Shown here one piece after another: positions 35,294-49,758 of a stretch of 64,000 nucleotides of DNA. The stretch is from Magallana gigas. Its lineage: Eukaryota. The stretch lies in contig NC_088857.1 of NCBI RefSeq assembly GCF_963853765.1, positions 13,144,001 through 13,208,000 on the forward strand, in the 5' to 3' direction. A program made the translations under genes and the position numbers. Numbering within the stretch: position 1 is the first letter of the stretch; each line of letters begins with the position of its first letter. Under the pieces are notes generated by a model, which saw only the letters and a program-made list of their open reading frames with translations, was not told where the DNA came from and searched no databases.

Positions 35294-35897
35294 TTCTCTA
35301 TATGATCGACATATAGGAATTTCCTTTCGTTTAACAAATCGGGAAGGCATCGGCTCGACAAATGCCAGATGGTGTGATATAGCTGGGGATGTCCTGATAC
35401 AGAAAGGGATCCTTGTTCTGTCCGATACTGGAAGGGTTCATATTGCGGGCTAATTACAAAATCTCTGAAACTACACACCCAGAAATATTCCTCCAAAATC
35501 GACAAAGATAAGCTCTGTTTTCCCTCATACGGTTCCGAAATCGTGACCAATTGAAGAAAGATCGCTATTTTTCTCTCCCTCTTAGTTTGAGGAACAGTTG
35601 CTCTATGATTTTTCCGAGTCCGCAAAAGAAAGCACTTGATTCAGGTAAGATACTAAATACTTGTACATATATTTTCCTCATCTTAATATTCGATAAAACG
35701 TTCCAACATTATGTATGCATATACACGACTTAAATTTACACAGAAGGGATTATAATTGTTCAATATCTATTTGAAAAACGTAAAGGCAATTACATAATTT
35801 TATTCGTTTTCAGTGTAAATACATAAACTTTGATATGCATTTTGTTTCTCTTCCTTTTTCTCCATGCATGTACGCATATGTCATTCGATTAAATAAC

Positions 35898-35900
<3 letters not shown>

Positions 35901-35936
<36 letters not shown>
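35901..35936 (+). repeat. (TC)n microsatellite
   Basis: Directly visible. Confidence 0.98.
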
Positions 35937-35938
<2 letters not shown>

Positions 35939-38779
35939 CCCCCCCCTTTGGATATGTACATGTATTTTGATAAGGATGATTAGTTAAATTGTTTTTGTTG
36001 CTAGAACATGCAAAATGAATGTTTAAGTTATACCGGCGCCACGACCGAAACCACTTTCCATTAGAATCCGGCGATAATCCTCCGTAAAATGATAAAAATA
36101 AACTCACACTGAGTCGATTGATGAAAGTAAAATCCGTGCCGGTTTTTTTTCTAGATCGCCATTTATCTTACGTAGACACGACTGACACTGAAATAGCAAT
36201 CAACAGTTTTCCGCGAACGGATATTGTTCTTATTTCAGGAAGATTCCGAGATGGCATTTCGAAGTCTGTCTTATCATTTCATTTCCTGAAATTCCTTAAT
36301 GACTGTAAATAATACTAAGATTCAATTTTGGACCGAAATGATAATAATTGTGTCTAGGGATTTATGTAAAATACGTAATTTAGATATTGCATTAACGAAT
36401 TATTCCAGTTTTCCTGTTGAAATACTCAATCCCGGAACAATAGATAAAGCCCAAGGATATTTATATATTAAGTTTGTTTATTTATACTTAAAAAGCGTTT
36501 ATTCTTTTATCTCAGTTTCATCAAATGTACATTTATAACGAAGCGAAAAAAATATTCATTCAAGAGTAGTTAAGTTTAAGATGTTGTTTTTGCGTAACTA
36601 TCCGGCACAAAGGAATATTTTCGTCTAGACAGTTACAAAACCATTTTTATAAAAACGGCAAGTCAAATTGATTTTCTGTAGGTTGAGATCAAGAGAGAAT
36701 TTTATGACAATTGGTCAAATCAGCGATTAAATCGCAGATTGGTATTTCTTTGTTTTAGGTAGCCACAAATGAAGCTAATAAAGATATTTTGTAATCGAAA
36801 ATCGTAATCATAACTGAATTCTAGATATTTTTGGATGGGAGGGGTTTTTCGTTTATATATATATTTTAATTTTTTGAGTTTTGTTGGCACTGTTTATAAA
36901 TCTATCAATCCAAGACTGAAGTTACGCTAATACAGTAGATGTGCTTTCAGAGCCATCCAACAAAGCACCATGTGAACTTACAGAGATTCTTTCGTTGCTT
37001 TTGATGAGAGTTAAAACAAATAATGGCAAGGTAATCTTCCGCCTAGTTTACTATTAATTAAACTTTTTTGCATGTCTCGTGGCCAATATGCCAAGGACGT
37101 ACGTGCATTCTACTTTCCTTTACGGGTTCACGATTCTGGCGGTAATCTAACCGGATACACAATGTACGTTTTGCGCATTTTATTTATTTTTCTTAATATA
37201 AACTTGTAGACATGGGATAGAAAAATCTGGGCGACTTCTCCATCCGTCACTCATTGAAACGTTAGAACAAGTTCAGGTCCTGTTCTGTATTGGCCCCCTT
37301 TTTAATACACGCTTCTTCCCCGGATGTAAAACATTCACTAAATATATACTTTATGTCAGAGAAAAGGAAAACGCCACAAGATGTTTGGTTATAGATTTCA
37401 GTGTTTTTACATTTTGGCATTGATGATGATAGGTTATCATATTTGAAACCAGTTTTCCGATAGAAGTCCAAGAAACGATTAAGAAATATGTGTTCCGTCT
37501 GCGGTTAAGCGTTAAAGATCGACAACAAATATGTAATCTTTCAAAAACTATTTTAGTTCTTTAAAAATCACATAAGCTTGAACCTTAATATTACGTACAT
37601 AACATGAATTCACAGTGTCAAAGGTTATGGTTACATACCTCACTAACCTACATATTCACAATGTAATGTAATAAATTTTTATTACGTACCTAACGAAGAC
37701 CTGCATTAAAGGTTACTGTCCTCACTTCAATGCTATGATACTTTAGAGGAACGTGACATGTTAGGATGATGCAAAACAAGGTGAAAGTTTTCAGAAATCT
37801 TTTAAACAATCATAAATGTACTATTGAGCTAATTTAAAGCATAAGCTATATATATTTGATGTAAAATAATCCACTGTATATTGCGTAGAAATTTACTGGC
37901 ATTTTTACAAGGCTTTTGATTCAGTATCAACAAACAAAAAAATCTGCCTCTTGCATCAAAGTGAAAGTATACAAAAAGGAAACCGGTGATGACTAAGCGA
38001 CTCCAACCTGCATTATATGACTGTGTGGACCAGTGACTATGTACTGTGGTTACTTCAGCTGTTTATGTGTACATTTTGTAGAATAAATCATCGGCAGATG
38101 GCACAGATGCTCCCATCATTAAATTGTTGAGGACACGATGAAAGGAACATGCCGTTACCAGCAAGCTATCAAGTGAGTAGTATTTCCTTCTTAAATGTTA
38201 CTATTTACTAGTTATACAGTTGTAACACACTGCGCCTTGTACAAATATCTATGGTATTTGTTAATCTATATTTTTTTACGCACAAATTTTGATTAACAAA
38301 TATCATAGTTTTTGTAGAAGACTTTCTGTTTTTTTCTTGACGCAATCTACTGGTGTTCCTGTTGCATGTATAAATATTCAAGATCTCCTCAAAGTGTTTT
38401 TTTAATGATAAAATCTCTCTGCTACACAACCTACTTGTACATAGTTAACTTTCAGGGTCCACACCAAAAAAAGACAGATGGACAATTCGTGATCTAGAGA
38501 GATTCATGCTTTGCTCTCTAAGTATATAATTACAAGGCAAATTGATTAGTTTGCTCAGGATTAGCACCCCTGTTCCGAAAAGCAACGAAGTAATTAATTA
38601 AAGTATAAAGTTATATCGTGAAAAAAGTGTGAATGGTTAAAGGAGACCAGCTACTTTACTATGGAATCTGAATCTGTAATCTCATGTTGGATATGGGGTG
38701 AATGAAAAAATATGACAAGTGTAATTAAGCACCATTTTTACTCTGACGCATTTAATTAATCAAATAATTTAGGTTTGAT

Positions 38780-39720
38780 ATATGGATATTTCTTATAGAT
38801 CTATATGGATTTGCCTTAGTTATGACCTATGCCCGTTTCGTGAATATAACATGTGAGTGGTCCTACGATATGATCATGACATTTGCGTGTTCTGTGCGGA
38901 CATGACCAATTGGTTTTCCGAACACATGCCATATGATTGTTCCATAGATATGCCGTGTTGTTGTTTCTATGAAATGAAATAGGTCATATGAATGTTTTAT
39001 ACGTCCCTATGATAGAGAAACTATGGGTGTTGCTAATATATAATGGTGTTCTTGGAAATGACATATTAATAAGCCCATGATATAAACTTAGGATTTATAC
39101 TTTGACCTTAAAATGTTTCTCTGCTACGACTTACTGAACTTTTAAGTTATACGACTGTTCCAATGACGTGTCTGTGAATGTTCCTTTAATATGACATGTG
39201 GATGTTCTGTTTGATAATATATCGTGGGCGTTTCTAATATGTATGGATGTTTCGGTATGACATATGAATATTTCTTGGATTTGATCTCTGGCATGGATTT
39301 GCTTAAGCTATGACCTATATACATTGGTGTTTCATATATATGACATATACAGTGTTCCAATGATATGACATGAGTTTTCAAACACATAACCTATGTGTGT
39401 TTCTTTGTGATTGATATAGAACCATTTTAACAAGACCTTGGACTTTCGGTAGAATGTAACTATCTTTTCCTTGCGTCAAAACAAGTTAAATATGACGCTG
39501 GTTTCAAGTGAAATATGCACCGATTTCGTACTCTTAGCTCAAAAGCTAGACAAATCGTGTTAATTTCAAAGAGCCATGGCTGAATGCCCAGCAATGAAAT
39601 AGACAGCCCTACGTCACGTTGCTGTTTAACACAACTACCCAAAGTCCAAGCTCCTGTTAAAATGGTTCTATCCTATGGATGTTCCTTAGTATGACATATT
39701 AATGAACGTTCCTGTTTTAC
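38780..39720. repeat. Highly degenerate short-period repeat region (ATGACATAT/TGTTCC-type motifs)
   Basis: Recurrent ATGACAT, ATATG and TGTT(C/T) motifs; the period could not be resolved by eye. Confidence 0.5.
39417..39670. mobile_element. MITE with 36-bp TIRs inserted in the degenerate repeat
   Basis: TAGAACCATTTTAACAAGACCTTGGACTTTCGGTAG versus the inverted copy at 39635-39670 (3 mismatches). Confidence 0.85.
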
Positions 39721-39816
39721 AAACAACAAATCCTTAAATATACGCGTACAACGTATCAGTTTTCTTAATAAAAGTAAAAATGATACCTAAAAACTAAAAT
39801 TAAAATAAACGTTTTT

Positions 39817-40300
39817 TTAAGACGAATAGGTATATATGCATGATATACTGAAAAGAAGATGGGGGAATAAGATGGCGCAAATGCCCATTCGGTTTAGTCG
39901 TGAAATACAATTTTGAATTTATTTTTCCCAATTAAATCTATTCAGATATATTATAATACGAGTTTGCCAAAGTACAATTTCTAAATTTCTAACTATATTC
40001 AGTTTTTAATATATTTTACAAAAAATACGAAAAAAAATATTGCCTGAAATTTTGGTGGTATCGAACCCATACCATAAAAACCATAGATATATAAGATTAG
40101 CCTTATGTCAGGAACTCTAACTACTGAGCCATTTCAAAGTTGGCTCTTTCAATATTATGTGTCACTTTGGCTACGAATTTACGGACTTGAATTATTTTTT
40201 CAAAACGTTCAATTGTTAGGATACAAAATAATATTTTTAATGTATAGTGGGTCATCTCTCCACGTTTTTGTTGATTGAAGTCGGTTTGTTTTCCATTAGA
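39817..40300. mobile_element. TTAA-starting DNA element fragment with tRNA-like cassette (40054-40130, minus); right end not found
   Basis: TTAAGACGAATAGG start; GGCTCAGTAGTTAG and GGTTCGATACC boxes on the minus strand. Confidence 0.45.
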
Positions 40301-43199
40301 CCTTAATTATACTATGAGAAAAATATGGAGCCCACACCCATTCTATAAAAGAAAATGCCTTAAAGTTCTAAAAAATGACACCATTTGCAGGTTTTGATAC
40401 ATATACGCCTGTTTGAGTCAACATATTCCAAGCATTGACCATATTTATAGGTTTAAAATCAATGATATGTAAAATATATATTGTTTTAAATGATGTTTTA
40501 AAAAATATATAAGATTTATTGATATTTTAATTTTTCAGTAGCTTGTCCGACTGTGTATGGGCATTTTACACGCCTTATCTACCCATCTTTTTTATAGGTT
40601 GGATATCTTTTAAAGGTCGCACGCTGTAGAATTAAAAAAAAAACAGCAAATTTTAAGCAAGGTCACACACCATACAATTTAATCAAATTACTAATCAGTG
40701 TCTCGCTTTGATGTTTTTAGTAAACCGGAAGTTAGATAGTGCGTATCGTAGTTTTTCTTCCTTTGGTTATGTAATGAAGGCTAAAAATACTTAAACTCAA
40801 GGAATTTACAGCTCGGTTATCCTTGAGAGCAAGCTTTCAACACGGCATCATCATTTCTGATCGCAATTAGGACGAGAATGATGTATACTTCAGTTTATAG
40901 GTACAGATAAGATAGCTTTTGTTAAACGTAATTACATTAGTCAGATATATTCACCACTTCTGTCAAAGATTTCGAATCACTGGCAGCTATATGTATTTTA
41001 GACTGCCGCAACCACTTAGATAGGAAAGTAATCATTTTATCTGCCGAACTAATTAACGAATGCCTGGGGATTGGACCTTTTTAATCATGTATATCAACTG
41101 CAGATAGTAAAACATCTTTTGCCATAAACCAATTCAGTAAAATAATCACTCTCTTGTTTTTGCATATTTTGACATAATTATTTCAAATTTTATGATTTTT
41201 CATATTATCTTCCATTTTTTAAAGAACTAGTTTCCCTATGGACTTTGATTATGCAATTTGTTCGATATTGAACGAAACTATTTAAATAAACTCTTACGGC
41301 ATGTTATAAAGCGTTTATTGAGAAATTAATTAACACCAATGTAATAAGAATTATTGCTTCCGTATCCCGTCCCAAAAGCCCCACTGTACTTTTAATTTTC
41401 TTGGAATACTATTAACTATACTAGCATGACTGAATGAGTTCTGAATGGCGAAACCAATGTTAATTACCCTGTTTCCATTAAGAATGTATCGATGCGGTAT
41501 CAAATCACACTAGAGAGCCTTAGTGTTTTTGTGAGCTTTCAATAGAAAATATATTCCACGTAAAAACTTTAGTTAATTGTATGTAAACACAAGTCTGAAC
41601 CTTCATCAGCCATTCTAATACACCCAAAGTTTTGGACTAGGAGCATGGTCTAGAGGAATATATGCATTTTATTCGTGAAGATCATCATCCGTTTGTTCCA
41701 GGTAAAGACAATATTTATGGTATTAAATTTTCTTTTACATTTTTGGATTATGGCCATTTACATTATAGGTAAACTTTGTTTATTCCTCTGAGGAATGTCC
41801 AGGAGAAAAATAAGGTTGTTTTTGTCTTTAATCAGTTGATAATAAACTTCAAAATCAAAATGTAAAAAAAACCCCACCAATTAATGCTTGTTTTGGTACA
41901 TCCGTATAAATAAGTAGATTATTCAATGTCTGTAAAATATTCAGAATAAAAAGTAGGCAACTACAATACGGTACCCATCACACAAGGTAGGATGTTTTGA
42001 TATCCCAAAATATATTTTTAAATTAAACGTATAAACAAAATAACAGGTGCGTGCTTATTTACCAAGGCTATTGAAATATTTCAGTTATATTCAAATTCAG
42101 AGCCGGAGATTCTTAATTGAGAAGGACTATCAGATATCGAATTTTAATTAAAGCGGCTGTAATGAATGGCACGTCGACCCATCATTTCTTTTAAAGAAAC
42201 GACCTCTATCCACACTAGAACCCCCTCTATTTATCAAGAGCATCTTGCCCGGATTTCGCGTTGATTGGCATTGAAATATCACTTCTGACTACGATAACTA
42301 CCGAGGGGCCTCGTTTTGTTCTCTTGAATAAATGGACTGATTGAACCAATTCTCAAGAGATCGAGGGACAGATGAAAACCTTTTGTGAAAACGAAGTGAC
42401 AAAATTCTTTGGCTGCAGAACTTAGTGGATATCAATTCAGTGCGGTACGGACGTGGGCAGTAGGTTTTTAGCTCGCTTATGGCTGAGGATAAACCATTTA
42501 GTGTAAGATAAAATTGTCACGACCGTTAGTCTGAGTAAATATTAACAAACGTTCTACCATTTTACCAATGCGCCGAGGAAATTTTTATGGTTAAAATCAT
42601 TTTTTATCTTTTCTTCTGTCGTAGTTTAAATTGAAGATCTTTACTTGAGACAAAGTATAAAGAATCCTTGTTGCAGGTATGAGCTAGGATGCTGAAGTCA
42701 AACAGGAAGAGAGAAACACCTGTTGTTACTATCTATAATAACTTGTTTTTTATAGGAATTAAGCAGCTCATAAAACGTATCAAAAATACAAACTGTTAGC
42801 TATTTTCGTGTGAGCAATTTATTTCAAAATAGTACACATGTATCGATATAAGTATTGCCTTGTAGGAAGTGTGTCCCAGTATTTCTATATTTTTTTTTTA
42901 TTTTTGGCGAAAGGAAGAGATGTGCTTGTATATATCTGACCCCCAAAATACATCATTTTCATCTTTCACAGAAACGTGGGTGAGTTTTCTATCAATTCTG
43001 TTCCGTGGGATTCGTACCACCACCACCCTAGCCCCTATGTACTTTAGATTAAACGCGACTTCTAGGTGCAATGCGTTTTTTATCACTATTTTTTCACGGA
43101 GCACTTTGTGCGCAGCAATAGTTAGTGATTGTCGTCGTCGTCAGAAGTTGGCCATAAAGGAGCAATCAGAGATAACTTCCTGATTTTCAACGCATTTAT

Positions 43200-43329
43200 N
43201 NNNNNNNNNNNNNNNNNNNNNNNNNNNNNNNNNNNNNNNNNNNNNNNNNNNNNNNNNNNNNNNNNNNNNNNNNNNNNNNNNNNNNNNNNNNNNNNNNNNN
43301 NNNNNNNNNNNNNNNNNNNNNNNNNNNNN
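43200..43329. other. Assembly gap (130 N)
   Basis: Directly visible. Confidence 1.
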
Positions 43330-43940
43330 TCACATGTAAAATGTGTGCGCAAGTTGCATTTCTATGATATAATGTCTTTACATACCGGTATACTACGAGT
43401 ATTAAATATATGTGTTGGCTAGCCAAAGTGTATTTAGCGGCTTTTTTTTTAAATCTATTTTATACTCTGTCCCGAGTTTTTGCTTCCACCACTTTTCGCT
43501 TGATATTTCGATAATCATAACTACCTTTGAGTTCAAATTACATTCATCCACTAATATGAAAAATGTTCAGATTATCTGTTTTGAAACGCCCCCTCTACCG
43601 CTTCAGGTTTTAATACACATCCAAAAATAAAAAGTCTACGGATATTTTGCATTGCATCAGCCATTAATAAGCCCGGATGATAACGTTGAAAAATTGTGCG
43701 AGGTGTCCCGAGTACTTCCGAATGGAGAAAAGATGTAAACATTTCCCATTATAAATCTCCATAAGAAATCTGTTTTCGTTCCTGTGAACTTTAATTTTAT
43801 GAGTGAAAAATGATAATTTGTCAATGAAGATATCTTGGATATTTTCCCTTTTATCGATTTCAACAGCATTTCTTTCACAGGTATGTGTAATTTTATTAAA
43901 AATAATCAAAAAGTGATGGAAGCAATAACTTGGGACATAC

Positions 43941-44480
43941 TATAGCTTACCTGAGCTGAAAGCTCAAGTGAACTTTTCTGATCACCTTTTGTCCGGCGTC
44001 CTTCTGTCCGTCCTTGTGTAACATTTTACATTTTCGAAACTTAGCAAAAAGCATATCTAATTATCTTGGTGAAGTAAATACACTATAAACAACTCAAATG
44101 TTATAATCTCTGGGATTACTTATATATACAAGCGTCTTGACATTTGATTATTCTTAATTGTTTAGACTATGGCCACTGGACAATTCTTTGGCCACACAAG
44201 GAGTTCAAAGTTTGATTTAGGTTTATATTTGTATGAACATCTTAAGATCTTCTTGAGAACTGCAATGCTCAGTTTGTGGTATGACTATGAAAACATCCAG
44301 TAACAAAAGGGGCACAATTTTTAACATACAAAGAATATCTGAAAAAATAATTGAAAATCATTTTTTATACAGGATCTGTTTTACTACATTGTCCAGACAT
44401 CTTAATTTAGACTCCATAAAGCTGATTTTAGTACGGCTGTTGTTGCTTAGGTGAGCGATTTGGCCCATGGCCCTTTTGTT
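43941..44480. mobile_element. Short degenerate Helentron/HINE element
   Basis: Imperfect hairpin AGCTTACCTGAGCT-gaa-AGCTCAAGTGAACT, then a GTCC microsatellite; far end GGTGAGCGATTTGGCCCATGGCCCTTTTGTT. Confidence 0.75.
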
Positions 44481-45455
44481 ACACGTAGTATTTCCCCTCG
44501 ATACACGATTTGCATGTAATTCCAGTTGGGGCTACAATGCAAAGTGTGTGTAAGAGTTGCGTTTTGTGATATTACTGCTATTATTTAATACCGTAGTATG
44601 TGTGCAGCTAGAAGAACATTTCCTGTATTCAATTTTAAAAAATATATTCTTGAGATTTTGACATCTCACTAACATAAATTTCTGAAAAATAATTGTTTAT
44701 TTGCTTTGCTGAGTAATGGGCGCTACCCCTGTGACGTCTTTACTCTCGAGTTTAAAGATAAATCATCTTTATTTATCGCATTTCACACAAATGGAAAGAA
44801 ATATGTTCACAGCTAACACTGTTCTTAGTGACTGTATTTTTGGGGGGTTGAAACAGATATTAGATTATACATAATATATCTTTATCGATAACCACTGAGT
44901 GTTTAATCTGGGTCTGGAAACACTCAGTAAAATATATTTCCGTGTTTGTGGGAAGATTCTCTATCTAGGGGAAAAATCGCCATCTGGGCCGATGGCTGTG
45001 ATGTTTGATATCGGACCTATGATAGATCAATATGTCTCCCCCAATATTTCAATGACAAATCAAGATGCCATCATTTCAAACGATTGACAAGATAATCTTC
45101 CAACATCTCGGTAATCTCAGTTTACAAAGCCAGGCAATTTTTTAGTTGGCTTTTTCCAGAAATAGCGAAACTCGTGTTCTTCCGTACTGTCCTTCCTACA
45201 TTCTCAAAACAAAGGAAATTGTATAAGATCAAGAGAAGCAGAGGCCAAATTATACGATAGCATTCGTTATGCAAGATTCCTTCAAGATCTTTGATAAAAA
45301 GGGCTAATCTTGTTCGTTCTTTGAAAAGGATGCATATGGTGCATTAATGCATGAAATGGACCTTCAGAAAAAGAAGTAACAGGAGAGGAAAACCCTCCGA
45401 CTGTTTGATTGATTCAGACATCCAGGAAATGTACTTTCAATATGAAAAACGAGTT

Positions 45456-45475
45456 TCTCTCTCTCTCTCCCTCTC

Positions 45476-45546
<71 letters not shown>
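45456..45546 (+). repeat. (TC)n microsatellite
   Basis: Directly visible. Confidence 0.98.
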
Positions 45547-45550
<4 letters not shown>

Positions 45551-46697
45551 CAGAAAATGTTGAACAATCATTAGACGTTTTATGATTAGACGTTTGATGA
45601 AAATTTGTTGGTATTTTTCAAAAACCTGATTAAAGTTTGGCCTCTCAGCCTCCGATATTTGTGTTATCTGCTAAAAACCTCAGGAATCTGTAATGGAATA
45701 AATCGTAAAATGTAAGTTAGTATTCTTTGAAGAAGGAAATGATCTGTGATGCCAGTCTCGGCCGACATCACGTCATCACGAGGGGAAACTAATCTCTATA
45801 GCTTGTTGTACTGTCAACATTAAAAATATTTTTGGGGCTTTTGGGTAAAATTTTATATGTATCAAAGTTATTCGAAACAAAAACATATCGACTGGAAAAG
45901 CCCCGTCTAGTGTCACGATGTACCACGTGCTTTCTATTAGTGATAATATTGACTCCCGTTACAGCAGACGGCATTTTCCAGAGCAGACGACAGTTACCTA
46001 AACGCATAGAACAGACGACATCTTTCAAATGTGAGTAAAATTTTTTGTGGTTTTATTTTACTGTGAATAGTATTTTAACTAGAAACTTTAAAGCAATATT
46101 TCTAACTACTTTCTCTCACTCTAACAAATATTCTTCAATTTTAGTATATTCTTTTTACTACTGAGAGCGAAAATGACAAGGTACCTTTATATCAGTTACA
46201 GGTTAAAATGTATGTAAATGTATATATGTGTTATTTAATTCATAACATTTAGATCGAAATTGAGATAGAATCTGGTTAGTGAGCTAGATATCTTGTTTTT
46301 CTATACCTATGTACATGTATATCCCAGAGCATGCATGAGAAATCAAAATATGTATACAGTGCGTTGCATTGATTTAGTATTGCATTCTGATATAAATTGA
46401 CCTATTGTCAAATGTTGGACTGAATTCACAAGCAATTCAGCTGGACAGGTGTTTATTGACAAGTGAGTTCAAAGCCCAACTCAATGTTCAAATTTATAAT
46501 GGCTTACTTTTACAATTATATCGAGGCCAAATAAATCACTCAGTATAATTTTTTTTAAAAATTCATTTGATCTTGGTTTGTGATTTATGGTTTGATATTT
46601 AATTAACAATATGGCAAAGAAGTCGATGACGACCAATTAGTGTATAGCCTGACAGACCAGTGTCATCACGTTGCGATATACAATGACACTTCGACCT

Positions 46698-46699
<2 letters not shown>

Positions 46700-46751
<52 letters not shown>
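46700..46751 (+). repeat. (GA)n microsatellite
   Basis: Directly visible. Confidence 0.98.
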
Positions 46752-46752
<1 letters not shown>

Positions 46753-48079
46753 CCGGCCCTTGTATGGATTATTTCAGTCTGGACAGCTTGATAACACTGT
46801 TCTGCATATAATAAAATAATGGTCACTCAACTTTCCTTATTTCGTACTGCATTACAGCCAATAGTTCATACCATATCTGTGTCAAAGTATACATTAGGCG
46901 ACCTCGCGTGTATCTGTATCATAGACTGCAGTTTTGTATGGCATTAACAAGGAGTTCCATCAGAGATCAGACGAATTCTATCGGTTTGTTTATTTACTCA
47001 ATGCTATTAATGATAAATTAAGACGCGGTTCAGTTCATGGAACTTCTGATTTAAGGGGTATTTTGTGGATCAAATGAAGTGTTAGGATATTATGTATGAT
47101 CAATGTCATTTCCCTGGAGATCTGCAAAGGTATTTCCAGGAAACGTAACAGGATTTATTTCTTCCAAGGATGGAACCAACTGTTGTGCAGATATTAGTCC
47201 CATGGGATTAACTCCATGCAGCAAGAAAATGATCATGTCCTTTTATCTTTTCATTCCAGTCCAAAAAAAGGTGACAACTGATTTGATCTATCGTTTGGTG
47301 TCATCTTCGCTTGATTGAAGTTAATACAAAATCAGAATTGGACAAAGCTCTTTGCATCATTTCTAAAAAGGTGTTTCATTAGCTTTGGTGTATCTTTGAA
47401 ATATTTCCTTTATACTTCTGAGATCTTGATTTTGAAAACATCTAAGTGACCTATTTTCGTGAACTGGTGAATACATTTTACGAAAATATCTCACTTAAGT
47501 GTTAAAACATATATAGCTTGCAATATTTCGATCTCCTTTTTTCTTTTCGTCGTCTCTCTTTTATCATTTTTTTGAATTTCTCGAACTGTTTTTGATTTGA
47601 GTATAAGATAATTGGATGCTGACAAAAAATTCAGTATTCCTCTAATCATGCAAATAACACCTGGCAACAAAAAAAAAGAAAAGAAAAATAGAACTAGAAA
47701 TATTAATTTTGTTATGAACTGCATGCCTTAAAGTGCAAAGAGTATTTCGATATGCTTTCGTATTTTGCGTACGGCGGTCAGTTGCCAATCAAAATAAATT
47801 ATAGGTTCTATTTTATTTTAGGTCTTACTATCATCAATATATTTATATGTAAAATGATAGACGCTAAAAAGAATATTGCAGATCACAACAAAATGCGAAA
47901 TCATCTTAACGAACACGTAGAAACATTTATCACATATTACGCATACATGCATGTAAATTGTGCACGAGTTATTTATGATGAAAATTGTCAAATGGGGAAT
48001 ATGTATGCACTAAAGAGACAATCATAAGAGACAATCATGTTTTTTGTACAATTTCTTATATGTTCAGAATGCAACAACT

Positions 48080-49200
48080 TGGCATCCGACGAACATTGTA
48101 TAAATCACAAATGTTAAAGTAGGAGGTCTGTCTTCAAACGACTATATTAACTGGTGTTTTAAAAGAAGAAACCCTGATATATCAAGAAAATTGGAGAAGA
48201 GTTTCTCTGACAAGTGTTTTACGGTGGTATGAAGACTATACGTTTGTTCCCAATGCACGACGAACTATTTTTCCATGCTAATGATTGGCAGAATTTATGA
48301 GATGCTGATTGTTAAAATAGTAGAGTTATCTGGGAGATATTGAATACTGACGGTAATTGGAAGTGAGTGACGAATTTTGTATGTGTTTTTTTAATTTGAT
48401 TTTTTTTATCACGAAGGCAAAAATAAACTTCTTGCTATCGCACCTTCGTGATAATTGGGGAAGCCCAGGAATGTCTTGAAAGACAAGGATTTATGAACAT
48501 GTTAACATTTACTCGAACTTCGTGTACTCTTATTAGAATTTCGATCAAATGCTTTGCAGTCCTTTGTGCTATTAGCTCACTTTTAAGTAAGCATGCATTT
48601 TGGACCTTCTATCTGCTATTTATACTGCATTATTTGACACAAAGCATCGATGATTATTAAAGGTTTTTTCAATTTATTAAAAGGAAGGGTCAATGCTTCT
48701 TTGCAAGTCAAAACATGGGAATTTTACTACCCCATCCTTTTGTTGTTATATCCTGATTTTATCACAATGTCTATACATATTTACGATTTCAGTCTAGAAC
48801 TTCCCCTTTTAGGAGTTGATTTTAATCAACTCTCCTATGCAGTTACTCAGACAAACCGAAAGTGAGACAGTGTTTGGACCTCAGCACAAATCATTGTTGC
48901 TGACAAGACGTAGTTCTTGAAAATAATTGATAAATTCGATGTAATGTATGCTAAAGCATTGTGTTTCAAGGAAACTTATTTATAAATACCTTGAAAATAG
49001 TCAGATTTTAAATGGTACGAACAATTTAAATATTTTTTGTAGTCGTATGTATTCTTACGCCAGAGTTCAATATAGTCTCGTTCAACTCGACGCTCGGCTG
49101 TCTCTGTAAATCCTTGTCGGAGATTTACGGTGTCAGCCGAGCTTTTGGTTGAACGAGAATAGAGTTCAATATTGCTTGGATCCATACAATGTTCGAGAAA
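48080..49200 (-). pseudogene. Possible decayed P-loop (STAND-like) NTPase gene
   Basis: Broken frames: DYIELWRKN, V*VTA*ES*LKST (Walker A-like), KKPLIIIDAL (Walker B-like), FFKTPVNIV; many stops. Confidence 0.3.
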
Positions 49201-49758
49201 TATTTCTATTACTGATACATAGTTTGATTGAATTAATTTTATCTTTAAATATTATTTGACATGATTCATATGGAGGTTTCTCGACATTCTTGTCGAAAAA
49301 GTCCAAAAATTCATATTATAAAAATGTGCTTAATTCAAATTAGAAGCTACATGTACTTGTCATGCAAAATAACATATCATTGATTTTAAGATAAATAAAC
49401 ATCGACAAAATCAACTCCCGTCAGTTCTGCAGCACTTTGATTAAGTCTAGAATGATTAAGCTGGATACCAGTATTTCTGGTGCTTGACCAAAATCTGAAA
49501 GTCTAAAGTAATGGAGAGCTCAGAATGTTTTGTCATGTAAACAAATAGCATGCATGCCATGTTTTTTGTTTTCATAGATTATACTGTGAAGAAAAATACC
49601 TTCTTAAATCAAAACGACCGATGAAAAACGTACGAAACTGTTTAATTGCGATCATAAATGCATGAAGATGATTTGATGATAATTTTTGTTCAATTTTGGC
49701 ATTTTAAAAATTAATAGGAAAGGAACTGTAGTACAACGTTTGAAGTTGTCTATATTGG

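Noticed and set aside
35076-36107. ORFs containing ERERER/SLSLSL runs (also 6354-6665, 45351-45567, 46599-46826)
   Set aside because: Dinucleotide microsatellite artefacts.
43122-43426. ORFs spanning X runs
   Set aside because: They cross the assembly gap.
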